From the NCBI RefSeq assembly GCF_006345805.1, contig NC_043001.1:53692001-53756000 (forward strand): a DNA stretch of 64,000 nt, in the 5' to 3' direction. The notes beneath the pieces were generated by a model. The model was not told where the DNA came from. It was given only the letters and a program-made list of their open reading frames with translations, and ran no database searches. Position 1 is the stretch's first letter, and each line of letters begins with the position of its first letter. This document shows positions 40,742-54,842 of this stretch, piece by piece. The stretch comes from Octopus sinensis (Eukaryota). Made by a program: the position numbers and the translations under genes.

Positions 40742-41099
40742 TGCAAACATATATTTATTTACATAAATATATATGTAAACATATATCTTGAGCATGTATG
40801 TACTCTAAATAATTACAACCCAAGTAACTCTTGGTCATTCAGTTATTTATGCTAAAATACAGGGAAATAATTTGCAGATCTATATTTATCTATTGAGTTA
40901 CATTTATGCTGTTTTTCCATCTAAACCTACTAGAAGAAACACCGACTTCCGGGGGGTTTTCTCCTAACTACATGATAACAATTTGACATTTGATTCCCAA
41001 TTCTAATAATCTTAATGATGTTTTACGTCTAATTATTTCTTTGTATAATAGTGCTCACTTGCTTAGTAAATATTGCTTCCATTATTTTATCACAGTCAT

Positions 41100-41310
41100 A
41101 AGGCGGTGAGATGGCAAAATCATTAGCAGGCTGGACGAACTGCTTGGGCTATTTCACCCGTCGCTATGTTCAGAGTTCAAATTCCGCCGAGGTCGACTTT
41201 GCTCTTCAATCTTCGGAGCCGATAAAAGAAGTACCAGTTGAAGACTGGTGTCGATGTAATCGACTTATCCTCACCTCCACCAAGCTGCCCCTGCGGCAAT
41301 AATTTAAAAT
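41100..41310 (+). mobile_element. SINE family A, monomeric copy
   Basis: Same head and core as the dimeric copies but without the internal duplication. Confidence 0.8.
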
Positions 41311-43124
41311 AATTATTTCTTCACAGTCATTATCATTCTTTTTAAACAAACATCAAGGTAGTCCAAATACGTATGAGGGAGATTGTCAAGTTTTACCCCC
41401 ACCCCTCATCTCAAAGCATAGAGATTTCATTTCAGCAGCTCATCTGTAAACTGTGCTGTGTGTGTATGTATGAGCGTGTGTGTGTGAGAGAGAGAGAGAG
41501 ACAGAGGAGAGAGAGAGAAAGAGAAGGGAGAACATTGCAAACAATGAATTAAATAAACATGAAATGAAAAATCGTATAAATACAAGGGCATTACTATAGA
41601 TGTGTATACCTCCGACTTTGTTGCCTCATAGCATCCAGAAAATGGGATATATTTTAACGAAAGTTTCAATAAGTACCGCTTAGATGTTGTGGCTTCAGAG
41701 TATATTGGGATTTATGGGAAAGAAGAGGAGATTCTGTAAAACGGCGTTACGGACGAGGAAGAACAAATAAGTTAGAACTACTCCGTTTTGACGAGGATTT
41801 TCCCCATCCTCTTTAAACTTCAACATTCGAAATGATGGGGTTGGAGAGGATATATTTGTATGAAAATTTATTTTTTTTTACAACCCCCTCTCTCTCGTCA
41901 TCCCACTCCGAGCCCTTTTTGCCCAATTTCTTTTGAACTTTAAAACTATGGAAGGAGCCATTTCGTTTAAAAAAATATTGTTAATATTTTCAGATTTAAA
42001 AGTGAGTGATTTAACGATTTGGCTTTTGTTTCTAGCACAGCCCAAGACAACCCTTCTCGTTTCTTTATCCCTCACGCATGTATTCATGTTTTTCAATATT
42101 TTTCTCCCCATAAGTACATTTATATGTTATAAAAAGGAAAATTTGAAAACTCATGAATTTTGCATCCCCACTCCCTGCCCATCATTGTTTCTGTTTATAA
42201 ATTAAAATATTGGAGAGCCTGAGAGGTCATTACCGGCATTTATTCACAGTGATTTAAAAGAAAGGAGTTATGTTAACGATAATTCATTTAAATAGCATAC
42301 TTTTCTATCAGAAATTTTTTTTTTACACAAACACGTCTTCGTTTCATTGAGATGGGATAAAAAATTTAGATTACAACTCAATTTTGACGCTTATATTCCA
42401 TTAATATCACTTCGGCATCATAATTCCATAAAATGTGTCTAATGGGAGAAAACTATTGAAAAGGCATCAATACATGTGGGAGTGAAGACGGAGGATGATT
42501 TGGGTTGTGCTAGAAACAACAGCCAAATTTCCCTTGAATTGTGCCCCTTTTCCTCGGAAAATATTTACAAACGTGTGTTTATTTTTTACCGTGGTTTTTA
42601 AGTTTAAAAATAGCCCATACCGGTCCGGATAGTTATTGTTGTAAAGTTTATAAAGTTCCAAACAACCATAATAACAAAATTACATTTTAATCTTTTTGCA
42701 AAGATTATACCGGTATATTAAATGAAATATTCATTCAATAAATAATCTTTTTACATTACGGATAACTGTAGGTTTTATAAATAGCGAATTAAAACTCAAA
42801 ATGGAAACATTGAAATAGAGAGTAAAAGTGTTTAGAAATGAAAACGGAATACTTCGCAATGAATGCTACGATTATTCAAATTCGTGAATAATTGGAGATA
42901 ACAATTTCAGTAAAATTTAGAAATCGCAAGTATAGGAAATTTCTTGGAATATGAATATATAAAAAATTTCCAGACAATCAGGCTTTTAATAATTGCTTTA
43001 TTTTATTATTTTTAGTAACTGTTACATACCCAAATAATGAGAAGCTTTCTCCATTATAATATAGATATCACTTACTTTCGTGCTGCCTTCCCCTGAACCC
43101 ATTACCACGACTACACACTCGACT

Positions 43125-43239
<115 letters not shown>

Positions 43240-43720
43240 GAATATGTATATATGTATGTGCGTACGTATTTATACATTCAGATCGCTAGTTTTGTTTTTG
43301 AGGAAGTGGGTCATAATACCATTCGCCTTAATGGAACTTATATTGGTTTTAAAAAGAATGGCTACTACACCATCCTCGACTTATATGTGAAAGGAATAAA
43401 AATAAAGATATATATATTAGTAAGAATCCAAATCAATATATTTATTTAACTTCTGCTTTTTAGTTGCGAGATTTTCATTTCTTAGGTTATTATATATACT
43501 TATATTAAATAAATTTTTATATATTTAATGGGGGTATGATTAACTGAGTATCACATGTATGGAGTCAATTTAATTGTAAGAGTACTTTAAGTTTACTTCC
43601 TATCTTTATTTCAATTTGTATAATTCACGAAGTGTCTATTTAAATATAAGTTATTATTCAAAAATTTATTAAATACATACACACACCCACATATATGCAT
43701 GAGTGTTTGAACTTATATAA

Positions 43721-43760
<40 letters not shown>

Positions 43761-43878
43761 TATATGTAACTATAAGTATGCACACAAATGTGTATGTATA
43801 TACGTGCGAGTGTATATCTGTTCATATATTCTTATATGCGCGTACATATTTGTATTTGTTTGCGTATGGGAATATGCG

Positions 43879-43913
<35 letters not shown>

Positions 43914-43937
43914 ATGTATACACACACACACATACAT

Positions 43938-44021
<84 letters not shown>

Positions 44022-44025
<4 letters not shown>

Positions 44026-44397
44026 ATATACGGGCACAGGACACCACAGGGCGTAAACAACATGTTATATGAAAACAACATAAATTATGAAATACCAAAA
44101 CATGGAATACGACCTTTTTTTGCAAATAACAAAAGAAACAAATGGAAAACAAGACAAGCAACATAAAAAAAACGACCCTTCATCAGTTGTCGTTTGTGTA
44201 TCTTCGTATGTCGAGCAATTAACGACAAGATCCGATTTCGACAAAACAGTTGCTCCCGGAAAGCAAATTAAATAAATTATGGGGTTTTTCGGAGGGAGAA
44301 AGTTGGCAACAAAAAACAGGGCAGTGAAAATGAACAGGAAGGGGGTGCTAAGCCTGAACGAGTAGAGTTGTCGAACGCGGAGAAAAAAGCTCTGACA
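44022..44397 (-). mobile_element. Orphan interspersed repeat between (TA)n arrays, carrying a hammerhead-like motif; probable PLE terminal repeat or retrozyme-like element
   Basis: Sharp (TA)n boundaries on both sides, higher complexity than the flanks, contains the motif at 44180-44239. Family assignment is inferred from the known PLE-hammerhead association. Confidence 0.45.
44180..44239 (-). ncRNA. Candidate hammerhead ribozyme (type II order), stem II degenerate in this copy
   Basis: Minus strand: GAAA-U-CGG-A-UC|UUGUCGUU-(26 nt)-AACGACAA-CUGAUGA. Both core segments, a UH cleavage site, a perfect 8-bp stem I and a 2-bp stem III are in correct register. Confidence 0.55.
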
Positions 44398-44437
44398 ATA
44401 TATATATATGTATGTATGTATACATATATATATATAT

Positions 44438-44494
<57 letters not shown>

Positions 44495-45583
44495 ATATAT
44501 ATTTGTATGTATATATATACGTATATATGTATGTGTGTGGATATAGTTATATATTTATGTGTACGGAAGTTAGTGTGTGCGTGTGACTGTGTGTTTGCCT
44601 TATATGCCTTGAAATAGATATGATATTGTTCTACAATTTTAGTAAAAAAATATTCAGAAAGTGCTTATTGAGGACACATAAATCAGCTTTGCTAAAGAAG
44701 GATTATGCATGCATTTCCATTTACTGTGTTTTTGTGGTAAGTATGCGTATTCAGGTAAAATATTGTTGATTGCTTGATAAATTTCTAATACCATGACAGT
44801 CAGATACGTTCAAAGTTTTACCTTTACATTTGGTAACTAGATTCATCTATTTCATAAAGGTTTTTCACTTGACAGTGTGATTGAAGGTTTTATTTGTATT
44901 ATTCACCTTTTCTTTTTCACTCTATAGATTTACCGCGGCAGCTCTTGGCTATCTTTCCAATATTTAATTATAAACTATACGTTTCCTTTAAACATAAGTG
45001 TCATTTAGGCATAAATCATTCTAAAAATTATATTTTTCACGTGTATCTCTTTATGTATTTCAGGTGAGAGAACAGCACGTCTTTAGAGGAAACACAGCAA
45101 CAACTTAGTGGCAAGTTTGTTTATATGCGTGGTAAGCCATATATTTTGATTTCATTAAATGGTGCCCCCAAGAAAATGTAATAAAATATCAACTCAGAAT
45201 CGTCTTCCATATCTGAAGTTTCGCATTCCTAATTGTAATAATCAGTATTATAAGTGTTAAGACATCCTACGTGACTACATAGATTAACTCAGTGAAAAAT
45301 ATTAACATACATAATAGTACATATAGCATTATTGCGAATATTTTAGAATAAAGGGATGTTTCTTAATTACGCTTTGGCAAAAGATATTCCAAATTTTATA
45401 TAGCATACTTTATCGTATTTCTTAAAAGAAAAACATCATATAGAACTGTATATCACTATATCAGTGTGTGCAAGCTCTTAGCACGTGTACCTGCCGACAT
45501 TAATACACATACGTTTCGTTTGTATATATTTACACACACACACGAGTAAAATTGCAGCTATATTTTTGCATATGATGTGATTG

Positions 45584-45622
<39 letters not shown>

Positions 45623-48600
45623 TGTGTGTCTGTGTGTGTGCCTGTGTCTGTCTGTGTGTGTGCATGTATGCGTGTTTGCATGTGAGTACTCACATAATTG
45701 TGGTTTATATGGAGACAATCTGCGACTATGTGCCTGTGTCGGTAGATAATGTATTTGTGTGCATGTTTTGCAAAATTATATATTATGTAGAGATTCAAGT
45801 GATACAATTAATTATTAGCATATGCACGATAAAAAAATAAGTGATAATACTATGTTTGCTTTGACAAAAATAGCAAAATAAATGCATTGTTATTTGTAAA
45901 AGAAAATTGAATAGAGAAAATGCAGAGTTGGATGACTTCAGTTAATGGTATAATGAAAGGTTTACATGACATATAAATGCATTCACTTGTACTATCGTGA
46001 TAGGAAGATATCTTTAAAGACATCAAGGTGCGCCATATAATGTAATTTCATCATGTGTATGAGTGTGCGTATTTGTGTGTGCGTTTGTATGTGTTATATG
46101 ATTGTATGTGTGTGCATCTATGCATATATATATATATATATACATGTATATATAAATCCTCATAAGCATATGTGCGTACAAATTTGTGTATTTGTAAAAT
46201 TAATATGTATTTAGAGCGAGAAACAGAATGGCATGTACAGGATGAGCGGTATATGAATGTCAATACTTCGGTATGAAATAGTAAATGACCTGTCAAAGAT
46301 TTCTAACTACCACTTGTTTTTGTACAGTTATTCTAAAGCATAGAAGAAATTGTTTTTTGTTCGAAGCGAATATGATGTCAACTTTGCGATAATGACATAA
46401 AAAATAAGCAACAAACAAATGTTACAAGGATATAATTTTATATACCGACTGTGTGTATACCGTTGAATAGAATTTGAGTTTATATGTCTCCATTGAGCAA
46501 CTCCAACACAGTGGCTAACTATAACTTTCGCCAACAGAATCACCATATAACCATATTTAATTCTGCAAGAATGAGTGGGAAGATTCTACATTTAACTCTT
46601 CCAAGAGTCGCGTGCAACCAGGTACACACACACATGCATACATGTACATTCACATACGTATGCTTACGTATAAACACACACACTCACATACACAGACATA
46701 TACATATGCATACTTATGAAAGAAAACATGATTGATTCTTTTACAATATTTGAAAGGAGTGTCCTTTTATAACTGTAAATATTTTGATTTACTCTGTTGT
46801 TCAGACGTGTAAACTTTGATAAGATATATCACGGTGGACACATATATCTTACATTTGGTTGTATGTATCCTCACTAGGAACAATGCACATTGTAAATGTT
46901 TTGCTGATATAGTTCTCTTGGTTTTATCATTTGTAATGCTATGAAATATATTTTTTTGTTTTGAGGCACATATATTCATTAAATTTTGTTCCCATTCCTA
47001 ATTATTTTTTTTATCTTATTTGGTTCAGCCAAATTAATGCGTAACAAGAAGAAACGAAGATCCTCATATTTCCTCATTCGAATAATTTTTCCTCTGATGT
47101 AAGCTCGGCCATTCTTATAAATCTTAGAAATTTTGGTGGTTGTCTTACACCGTTAATAAATTGTAAACCGTTAATGGATTTTTCTCAAGTTTCATAGTTG
47201 GGAACTTGTGAACTAGGAGGTGCTATGTTGCTGAATCCACGATTTTGTGGAATTGCATATGAAGAGAAATGAAATATGTCTGCTCATGTTTTCCTCCACT
47301 TTGAAAGAGTTTCGAAAAGACATTATATTTTGTGTTTTGCATGCTACTTTATCCGGTAGCTCTAGTTGTCTCACATGCGTAGTTGAATCTATAACTATTG
47401 CATATACATGGCTCACAATATTAAATGTGATATTTGATTTAGTAAAGTAAGAAAAGCAAGTCCCATCATTTAGGTATGATGTATATCTATTAATTTGTAG
47501 TTGAGGACATTTTGAGCACTACACCTTACTTTAATCATCAATTTGTAAAGACATTGCTGATCCTGTTTATTGGCTTAAATTTATATTGGTTTATACGATA
47601 TTACTAGTTATTATTTGATATATTCAGAAACACTGATTAATTTTTGAAACCTCATAAGATGTTCCTTATTTCTTTTCGAGAATATAAAACACTCACCAAG
47701 GAATCTCTCGAATTTCTTCTAAATACATTTTGAAACTCTGAAAGATGATCTCAGATCCCTCTTTCCTTCTTTCCTTCTTTCCTTTCATTTCCCTGGATTT
47801 GCCCTCTCACCATCTTAAGGTATGTGGTATTTCTGAAACATTATTTGATTTTAGCTTGGTATTCAGATGGTAGAAGTCATTTCCCCATAGAAAGATAATC
47901 TGAAAGTGATCAGAATTGATATATAGAAATGAATGGATAAAGTCTTTGACTTCTTTCATAGTCAAATAAAACGCCTTCAAATATTAATATTATACTTAGT
48001 CGTCATTACACGATATTAATAGTATTTATTTTTACTGACTTCGGAATATTCAATCATAAATTGTATTAAAATTACAATCAATTCCGGTCTAAAAACACAA
48101 GTTACAGCAGTAATAAAATACTAACACTATGCCAGAATATGAAAGTTAAATGAACGTTTAAGCCGATATAGGAAACCAGATAATTAATCTCTGCATTTTG
48201 CATCAATAATCTGGAAGCTCATGTAAAGGCTATATATATCCAAAGTGAGCAGACAAACAGGATCGGTATCAATAAAGAAGTATCAAAAATAATTTATCAA
48301 GAGATTTAAAACAAAAACTTCAAAGAGTACATTTCTTTCCAAATAATGCAAAATTCTTTAATAAAAATCGAAGTTGTTTTGATGATAACTATTTACACAA
48401 AAATAATAATAATACTAAACAACACATGTATAATATACCCCGCCAAAATAGAATATAATGCAGACATCTGACCATTATTCTAATCTTGAAAAACACTACA
48501 GGAATTTCTGTAATGAATAAATTGCGGTAGAATAAAAATAGAAATGAATTGTTTTGTACAGACGATTAAATGCCGAGTCACTCAAATTATGTAATTAGAC

Positions 48601-49299
48601 TCATGACAAGAACACGATACAAAGAAACAAAGCACTTCGTCGTCTCTGACTACTAACTCCTCTTCAAAGTAGATTATTTCTGTAGAAATGACCATTATAA
48701 TCTTCGCAGTAAGAAGTATATTATGGTTTTAACTAAGAAGAGAGCTAGCTACGAATCTCTTTTGTTCATGGTTAAATTTTCTTGTACAAAAGTGGACGTC
48801 TTTTTATGACCATGTTCCGTACATAATTTCCAGTTTTGTCTGTCTGTCCATTGATATCAAATATTACTCTCTTTTTGTATGGAGACGTGGTTTAATATCA
48901 ATATTACATGCCTATCTTCCAGAGGTATCTGCCTTAAGCAAATTTTGGATAACTAAATTTAAAAATGCTGAATCCTATGAAATTTGTCATAGCAACTTCA
49001 TTCAGATTACTCATACTATCAGCTATCTGAGAATAAAGAATTTGTGGACTTATCTACATTGTATAGTTTTACTCAAGTTGAAAGCAGATTTCACTGTAAT
49101 TCTATCTCTTCTATAACAATGAGTTTGGTCTTCTCTCTATCTTTGATATTTCTAACTTTACCTTTCTATATCAGGAGTCCCAATGCAAGCTATTTTTACC
49201 TTCTTGCTTTCGATTTGTATAGCTGCTTATTTGCGTAGGTGAAGCTAAAACCTAAGAAGAGAGTATGTTATCTAAAAAATGTTGAGAAGAAGCCAGTTC

Positions 49300-50300
49300 A
49301 TTTAATGGTCACACTATTTTCACTATTTGTTCATTATGCTTTGCTTTACTTGATAACCGTTTACAAACTCTGAGCATTTGTTTGTTTATATATGTTTCTC
49401 GCAGAAATGCCGAGTGGTTTTTAAAATTTATCTATCCTTTTAGATTGTTATATTTTCTCGTTTATTTCCAGACTACATTCCCGTTCCAATTCTCTTGTAT
49501 ATTTTTGGTTTCAGTTCCTTTAGCTCTCTCATCTCCATCCCTATGCTTTCGAATTTTGCTGATGATGTTGCCAATGTTTTCCCGATGTTGCGTTGCACAT
49601 ATTATTTACAGTTTTATGGTTATGTTTATTGTAGGCGTAATTTTCTTATGTTAGAATACAATCTACCTTTATTAGATATAATCCTTAATGTCAAGTTTTC
49701 TGGATTATGTAATGCTATTTTGTTAGGATAATTTATTGAGAAAAGAACATTTCTTAAACGTATTTATCATCGTAATTAGCGATCATTTCGTAACGACGTA
49801 TGTCAATTTATAGTTGGGAAAATGGTATACCTCGATAAATCATTCATTATGCTTAATATTGTTTATAAAAATTACCTCAGTGTTTTCTACGTTCTGATAT
49901 GCTAACGAGAGTTATTCTGTAATTTGTTGTTTGAAGTTGACTGCTAAATTGAGTTGTGTCTGGATATTAGAATGTTTGTTTGTTTGATTCTGTACATTAT
50001 CAACGATCTTATTAATGCCATTATAATCTTAACGTTTTTCTTTGTTCTTTGAAAACTTTTCTCTTCATGTTGCTATAGTTTCTGTTGTGTCATATTATTT
50101 CCGATTTAATAATCGGTTTGTTTTGTATGTGTAGTAGCATTAACTGATACTATCTTCTTTGATTTGAAAACCGGCTTCCTTTTTGTGTGTAGTTATAACT
50201 TGTCTCTTTATGGATGCCTATTATTTTCTGCAAGTTCTCTGTACTTTAGCTTTCTATTAAATATCGGTTCTCCTTGATCATTTACTGAAACGTTTGTTTA
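49300..50300 (-). mobile_element. Highly degraded Penelope-like element fragment
   Basis: Minus-strand NIGNIISK and a LSSKAK..IV..V*PL segment at the positions expected for the PLE linker and GIY-YIG region. Boundaries approximate. Confidence 0.45.
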
Positions 50301-51236
50301 ATATATACATCATTTCTCTATATTAATATTATCATCCTCATCCTCACCCACAGCACCATCATCATCAACAGCATCATCATCACTGACAATATTAGTAGTA
50401 CTTGTTACTATCGTCTTTACCTTTTGTTCTTGTTGAAGTTGATAGTGGTGATATTGTGGTGGTGGTGGTGGTGGTGTAATAGGGCCGGTCGCAGCTTCTG
50501 CTTCATTATTTACAACAGATCAAATGCTTAATCGTGCATGCTACACATAGAACTATTTCCTTCTGCTGCAATTCTCCTAATACATACTCAAAACTTTGCA
50601 ATATTTTCTGTATGATTTTATGCTGAGTGATACAGTTCGTATTGACGATGTGATTGTTCTTCATTTTATGTCAATTGTTTTCACGTTAGATTGTTTCAGT
50701 TGAGATTGTTTTAGCAAACTAAAAGTTAAATAATGATGGAATTATATCTTTTTGAAGAACGCTAAGATGTCTGTATCTTATTCAATTTATGTTTTCTTCG
50801 CTTGAAAATATGTAGTTAATGATACTGAAGCAAATAATGGTGCCTTCAACCAGCCGTTGAGGGCAACAAATGAAAAGAAAAACAGGAAATACCTGACGAT
50901 TTGCAAATGATAACTTCAGTATAAAGTCTGGTAAATTTTATGCCTGTTACATATCAACAATTACATCTTTGTAAACCTTACATCAATTGATTCATACTCT
51001 AAAGTAATTTAGTCGAATGTCTTGAAGAGAATAATGAATAATTTTTAACTGATGCGGGGCAGCTCTTCTGAATCCAGTAATATTCCTGAAATATCTCTAC
51101 GCATTTTGTCTGGCTTGCTAAAAATCCTGCCTTCTCACTACCTCAATATATATAGTAGTAATGTTTCGTGATTACTACTCATCAGAGCATTACGTACGCA
51201 CTAACTAACGGAGTGAAAAGAAGAATTATAATATGA

Positions 51237-52247
51237 CTAGCTTAAGGTGACCCGCTCTACGCACGGGTAAGAGTGTGGTTGTTACCTTCTGTTGCTGCCT
51301 TTCTGTTTTTTATCACCACATTCTCCGCTTTGTTTCTCTCTCCTTTCTCTCTCACTTTCCCACTCTCTTTCTCTTCCTTTCCCTCGGACTATTCCTCGCT
51401 TTCTCTTACTCTCTATCACACTCTCTCCCATTTATAAACAACAAAAGATCTTGAGTAAGTTAAGAAAGGAAATATTTTGAAAGATCAATCATAAATACCA
51501 AGCAGTGAGAACAGAAAGGTCTGCTTCAAGTCAGACAGCAAAACACTAACATTTAAAAGGGACAGACGAACTTGCGAGCTGAATAAAAATAAAAACATAT
51601 TAGAAACCAAAGTTTGAAGGGATAGAATCTGAGGATAGTAGAGTCACCATGCCTGGCATTTCTTAACGACGGACAGCAGCGTAGTGGCAGTTTAACGGCT
51701 TGCGTGAAATTTTGAACTTGATGTAAAAGAAAATTCCTAAACACCAAGTTTTGAAGTGATTCTTCCTCACGACAGTAGACTCACCAAGGCAAGCATTCAA
51801 AACTTCTTCATCATGGACAGCAACACAATGAAGATTTAAAGGCTGGCGCAAATTTTTTAGTTTGATGTAACAGAGAATTCCTAAACACCCGCTCCTGTAA
51901 ATTTTAATCCCCTTCCAGTCCCATTTAGACCCCTTTCCACATTTTGGTTAATATAACCCGATTACATTCGGGTCTACTCGGGCCACATTTTATAAGATGA
52001 GGAATTTTGTCTTAGAGGTCACGCCTTTCATTTGAGGATAAAATAGTTGCCAGGCAAATTCGCTAGCACTTTTAACATAGTAACCACACTTTTTAAGATA
52101 GGACTTTCTAACATAGTCCACTACATCCTCCCCTCATTTTATATGTCCCTGTAAATTTTGGCGTCAATCCGAAGGGCTCTAGTGCCCTTTAACCCGTTCT
52201 AATGCCAAAACCAGACAAACAAACTTTTCGCATTTCAGATTTATAGA
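51237..52247 (-). mobile_element. Non-autonomous Helitron with internal ~140-bp tandem units
   Basis: 5' A|TCTATAAATCTGAAATGCG. 3' ACCCG..CGGGT hairpin (51250-51268) lies 9 nt from CTAG|T. Two diverged units at 51604-51738 and 51739-51882. Confidence 0.75.
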
Positions 52248-53557
52248 TATTGATATTTATGTAACTTATTCCGCGAACAAACCTGCTGATGTACCTTTGG
52301 AAACATCCAGAATGACACAGACATGTATAGTTTATTTCTGTTCACCAGTGTAAAGAGATTTTATTGTACGGTTGTATTTAAATTATTGCGTTCATATGGC
52401 CATTTTGAAAACCAAGGCTCGACACCTTAATGATGAATGAATAGTTTCTTAGACTCTTGCAAACATGCTAAACAAACTGCCATATTTCATAGTTTAATCT
52501 CTCTATTTTCGAACAGGATTTCTCCGAGAATCCGGAAAAGATTTGAAAATTTGAAGTTATATTAACAGACACAATTCATTAGATTGCAGTCTTAAGTACA
52601 TTTTATTTTCACATAGAAATAACAGATTAGTTTTTTAAATATTCTATACTTTACTGGAATTTGTTTTCGTAAAATATATACAACAGTACCAATTACACGT
52701 AGCAATATAATGTCAGTTACTTCAGTAACAGATTTAAACCAAAATGTAAACAACATAACTTACAAAATAATAGCCACAAAGTTATTGATTCGATTAAAAA
52801 AAGTTTCTCTATAATATATCTCTAAAAATACATAAGCATGTTATTAATGTCTATCAGGTATCGTGCGCTTCATAGGCATTTCTATTGACCGGTTTTTGCC
52901 AAATATATAATATAGTTTTCTTTTACATAGTTTTATTTTATACAAATTCGATAATTTAATACAAGCAAATATTTTAGAACTAGTACTCCACATAATTTGA
53001 AGGTACACAACCTATTGATAAGTAGTTTGCATATGACCACGAGTTCGTGAGTTCAATTCCTGGAGTGGATAGTCCGTTCTCGTCTTGAGAAGGCAATTTA
53101 TATTTCAAGCTTCTCGGTCTACTCTATGTTATTTAGTGCTTGATAAATGAATTTTAAAAACCTTTCCACACTCCATCAGTTACAAACTGATATTTCGCTG
53201 ATTCGAAGATGTAGCAGAAGCGGAGATTATTACCAGTAAATTAGGCATCGAAATATTTTGGCATGTGCACGTTTTATGTTACATTACGAAATGATTCTCA
53301 TTCGCACGTTATGGGCATCTCTACTTTCTACTAAATGATAAAACATGGTTAATATGTCTGGAAATCTGCTAAACCTGATCAGGTAAAATTTGCATCTAAG
53401 TCTTAATATATGATATTTTCAACACCGATAAAGATTGCATGTGCGCGTGCGCGTGTGTGTTTGTGTGCATGAGTGCGTGTGTGTTTGTATGTGTGATGTG
53501 TGTGTGTGTGTCTGCCTCTGTACATATATACACCTACTTGTAGATAGATATATAAAT

Positions 53558-53638
<81 letters not shown>

Positions 53639-53662
53639 TACAGACAAATAGATTAAGTGATA

Positions 53663-54842
53663 CGAGGGAAGGATGGAGATCTCATACACTGACTACCGAG
53701 CAATAATCTTACAGCTGTGAAATCTTGATTGCATTATTTTCAACACTTCTTATTAGTAATTGATTTTTTTTTCCTGTAAACTGACATCCGACAGTTGAAA
53801 AAGAACACTTGAAAAGTAACTAGTAATGACTTCTCTTTAAAATGGACATGATTTGACATCGTGGAATATCAACTACCTGCAGAAAAAAGGGTTTAATCCT
53901 GAATAGCATTCATGCCTACATGGTTGCTACATAATTGGATGGCGCTCCAGATTTATCAAGAGTTCAAAATTTGGCAGGTGAATTCAGGAAAGGAAGAGGG
54001 TGACTTGAAGATGGCCCAAGCTCTGGACGGCCTGCAACTGCCACTATCGAGGAATACATTGACTGTGTTCAACACATGGTTATGGGTGGCACGTGATGGA
54101 CTATAAATCAAATAGCCAATACTATTAGTATACCCCTAGAGAGGGGTATGATGAAGGTCTATGCTCGGTGGATGCCACGCCTTTGATACCTGATCAAAAG
54201 TACACCAAGTTGATGAAATCACAGAAAATTCTGACATTATTTGAGGCAGATTCAGTAGGTTTCATTGAACGTTTTCTAACCCAGGATGAGTGTTGGCATT
54301 GTCACTTTCAGCCAGAGACAGAGGACATTCCATACAGTGTAAACAAATCACCTTACCTACTCTGAAGGCGGTCAAGTTCGTTTCATCTGCAGGAGAGGTA
54401 TTAGTCTCAGTGTTTTCGGAAGGACAAACTATTGTGTTTCTTGGCTATCTTCAAAAGGACCTCGCCGTCAATGGAGTATATTATGTCGACTTTCTGAAGC
54501 AGTTACATAAAGCTATCAAGACCAAATGCCCTGGAAAACCGATGAAAGGGAGCAAAGAAGTAGCCAATTTCAAAGAGTGCAGTGCGACTGTGGCCCCTCT
54601 TGTTATCACCTGTTCCTCAACATCTAAAAACATGTGGCTGGGCTCGAGTGTTGCAGTGATGGTGACACCGTATCTGCTTTTTTGACCAACACGATGAATG
54701 ATTCTACACCGATGAGATCAAAGCACTACAACGCCTCTGGAAGAATTGTGCAACAAGGAAGATTGCGTTGATAAATAAAACTCATTTGGCTCCTTTCCAT
54801 GAGAATATCTGGATAAGGAAAGGAACTTTACAGCCGACCCCG
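53663..54842 (+). mobile_element. Mariner DNA transposon, degraded
   Basis: Starts TA|CGAGGG. Frameshifted remnants of MD..HRG..YLQKKG, KV.ARWMP.L, FLTQDECW and FVSSAGEVLVSVF. Right end GGAACTTTACAGCCGACCCCG is a diverged TIR. Confidence 0.8.

Noticed and set aside
53018-53070. tRNA gene candidate (GAGTTCAATTCC B-box)
   Set aside because: No cloverleaf; more likely a degenerate SINE head.
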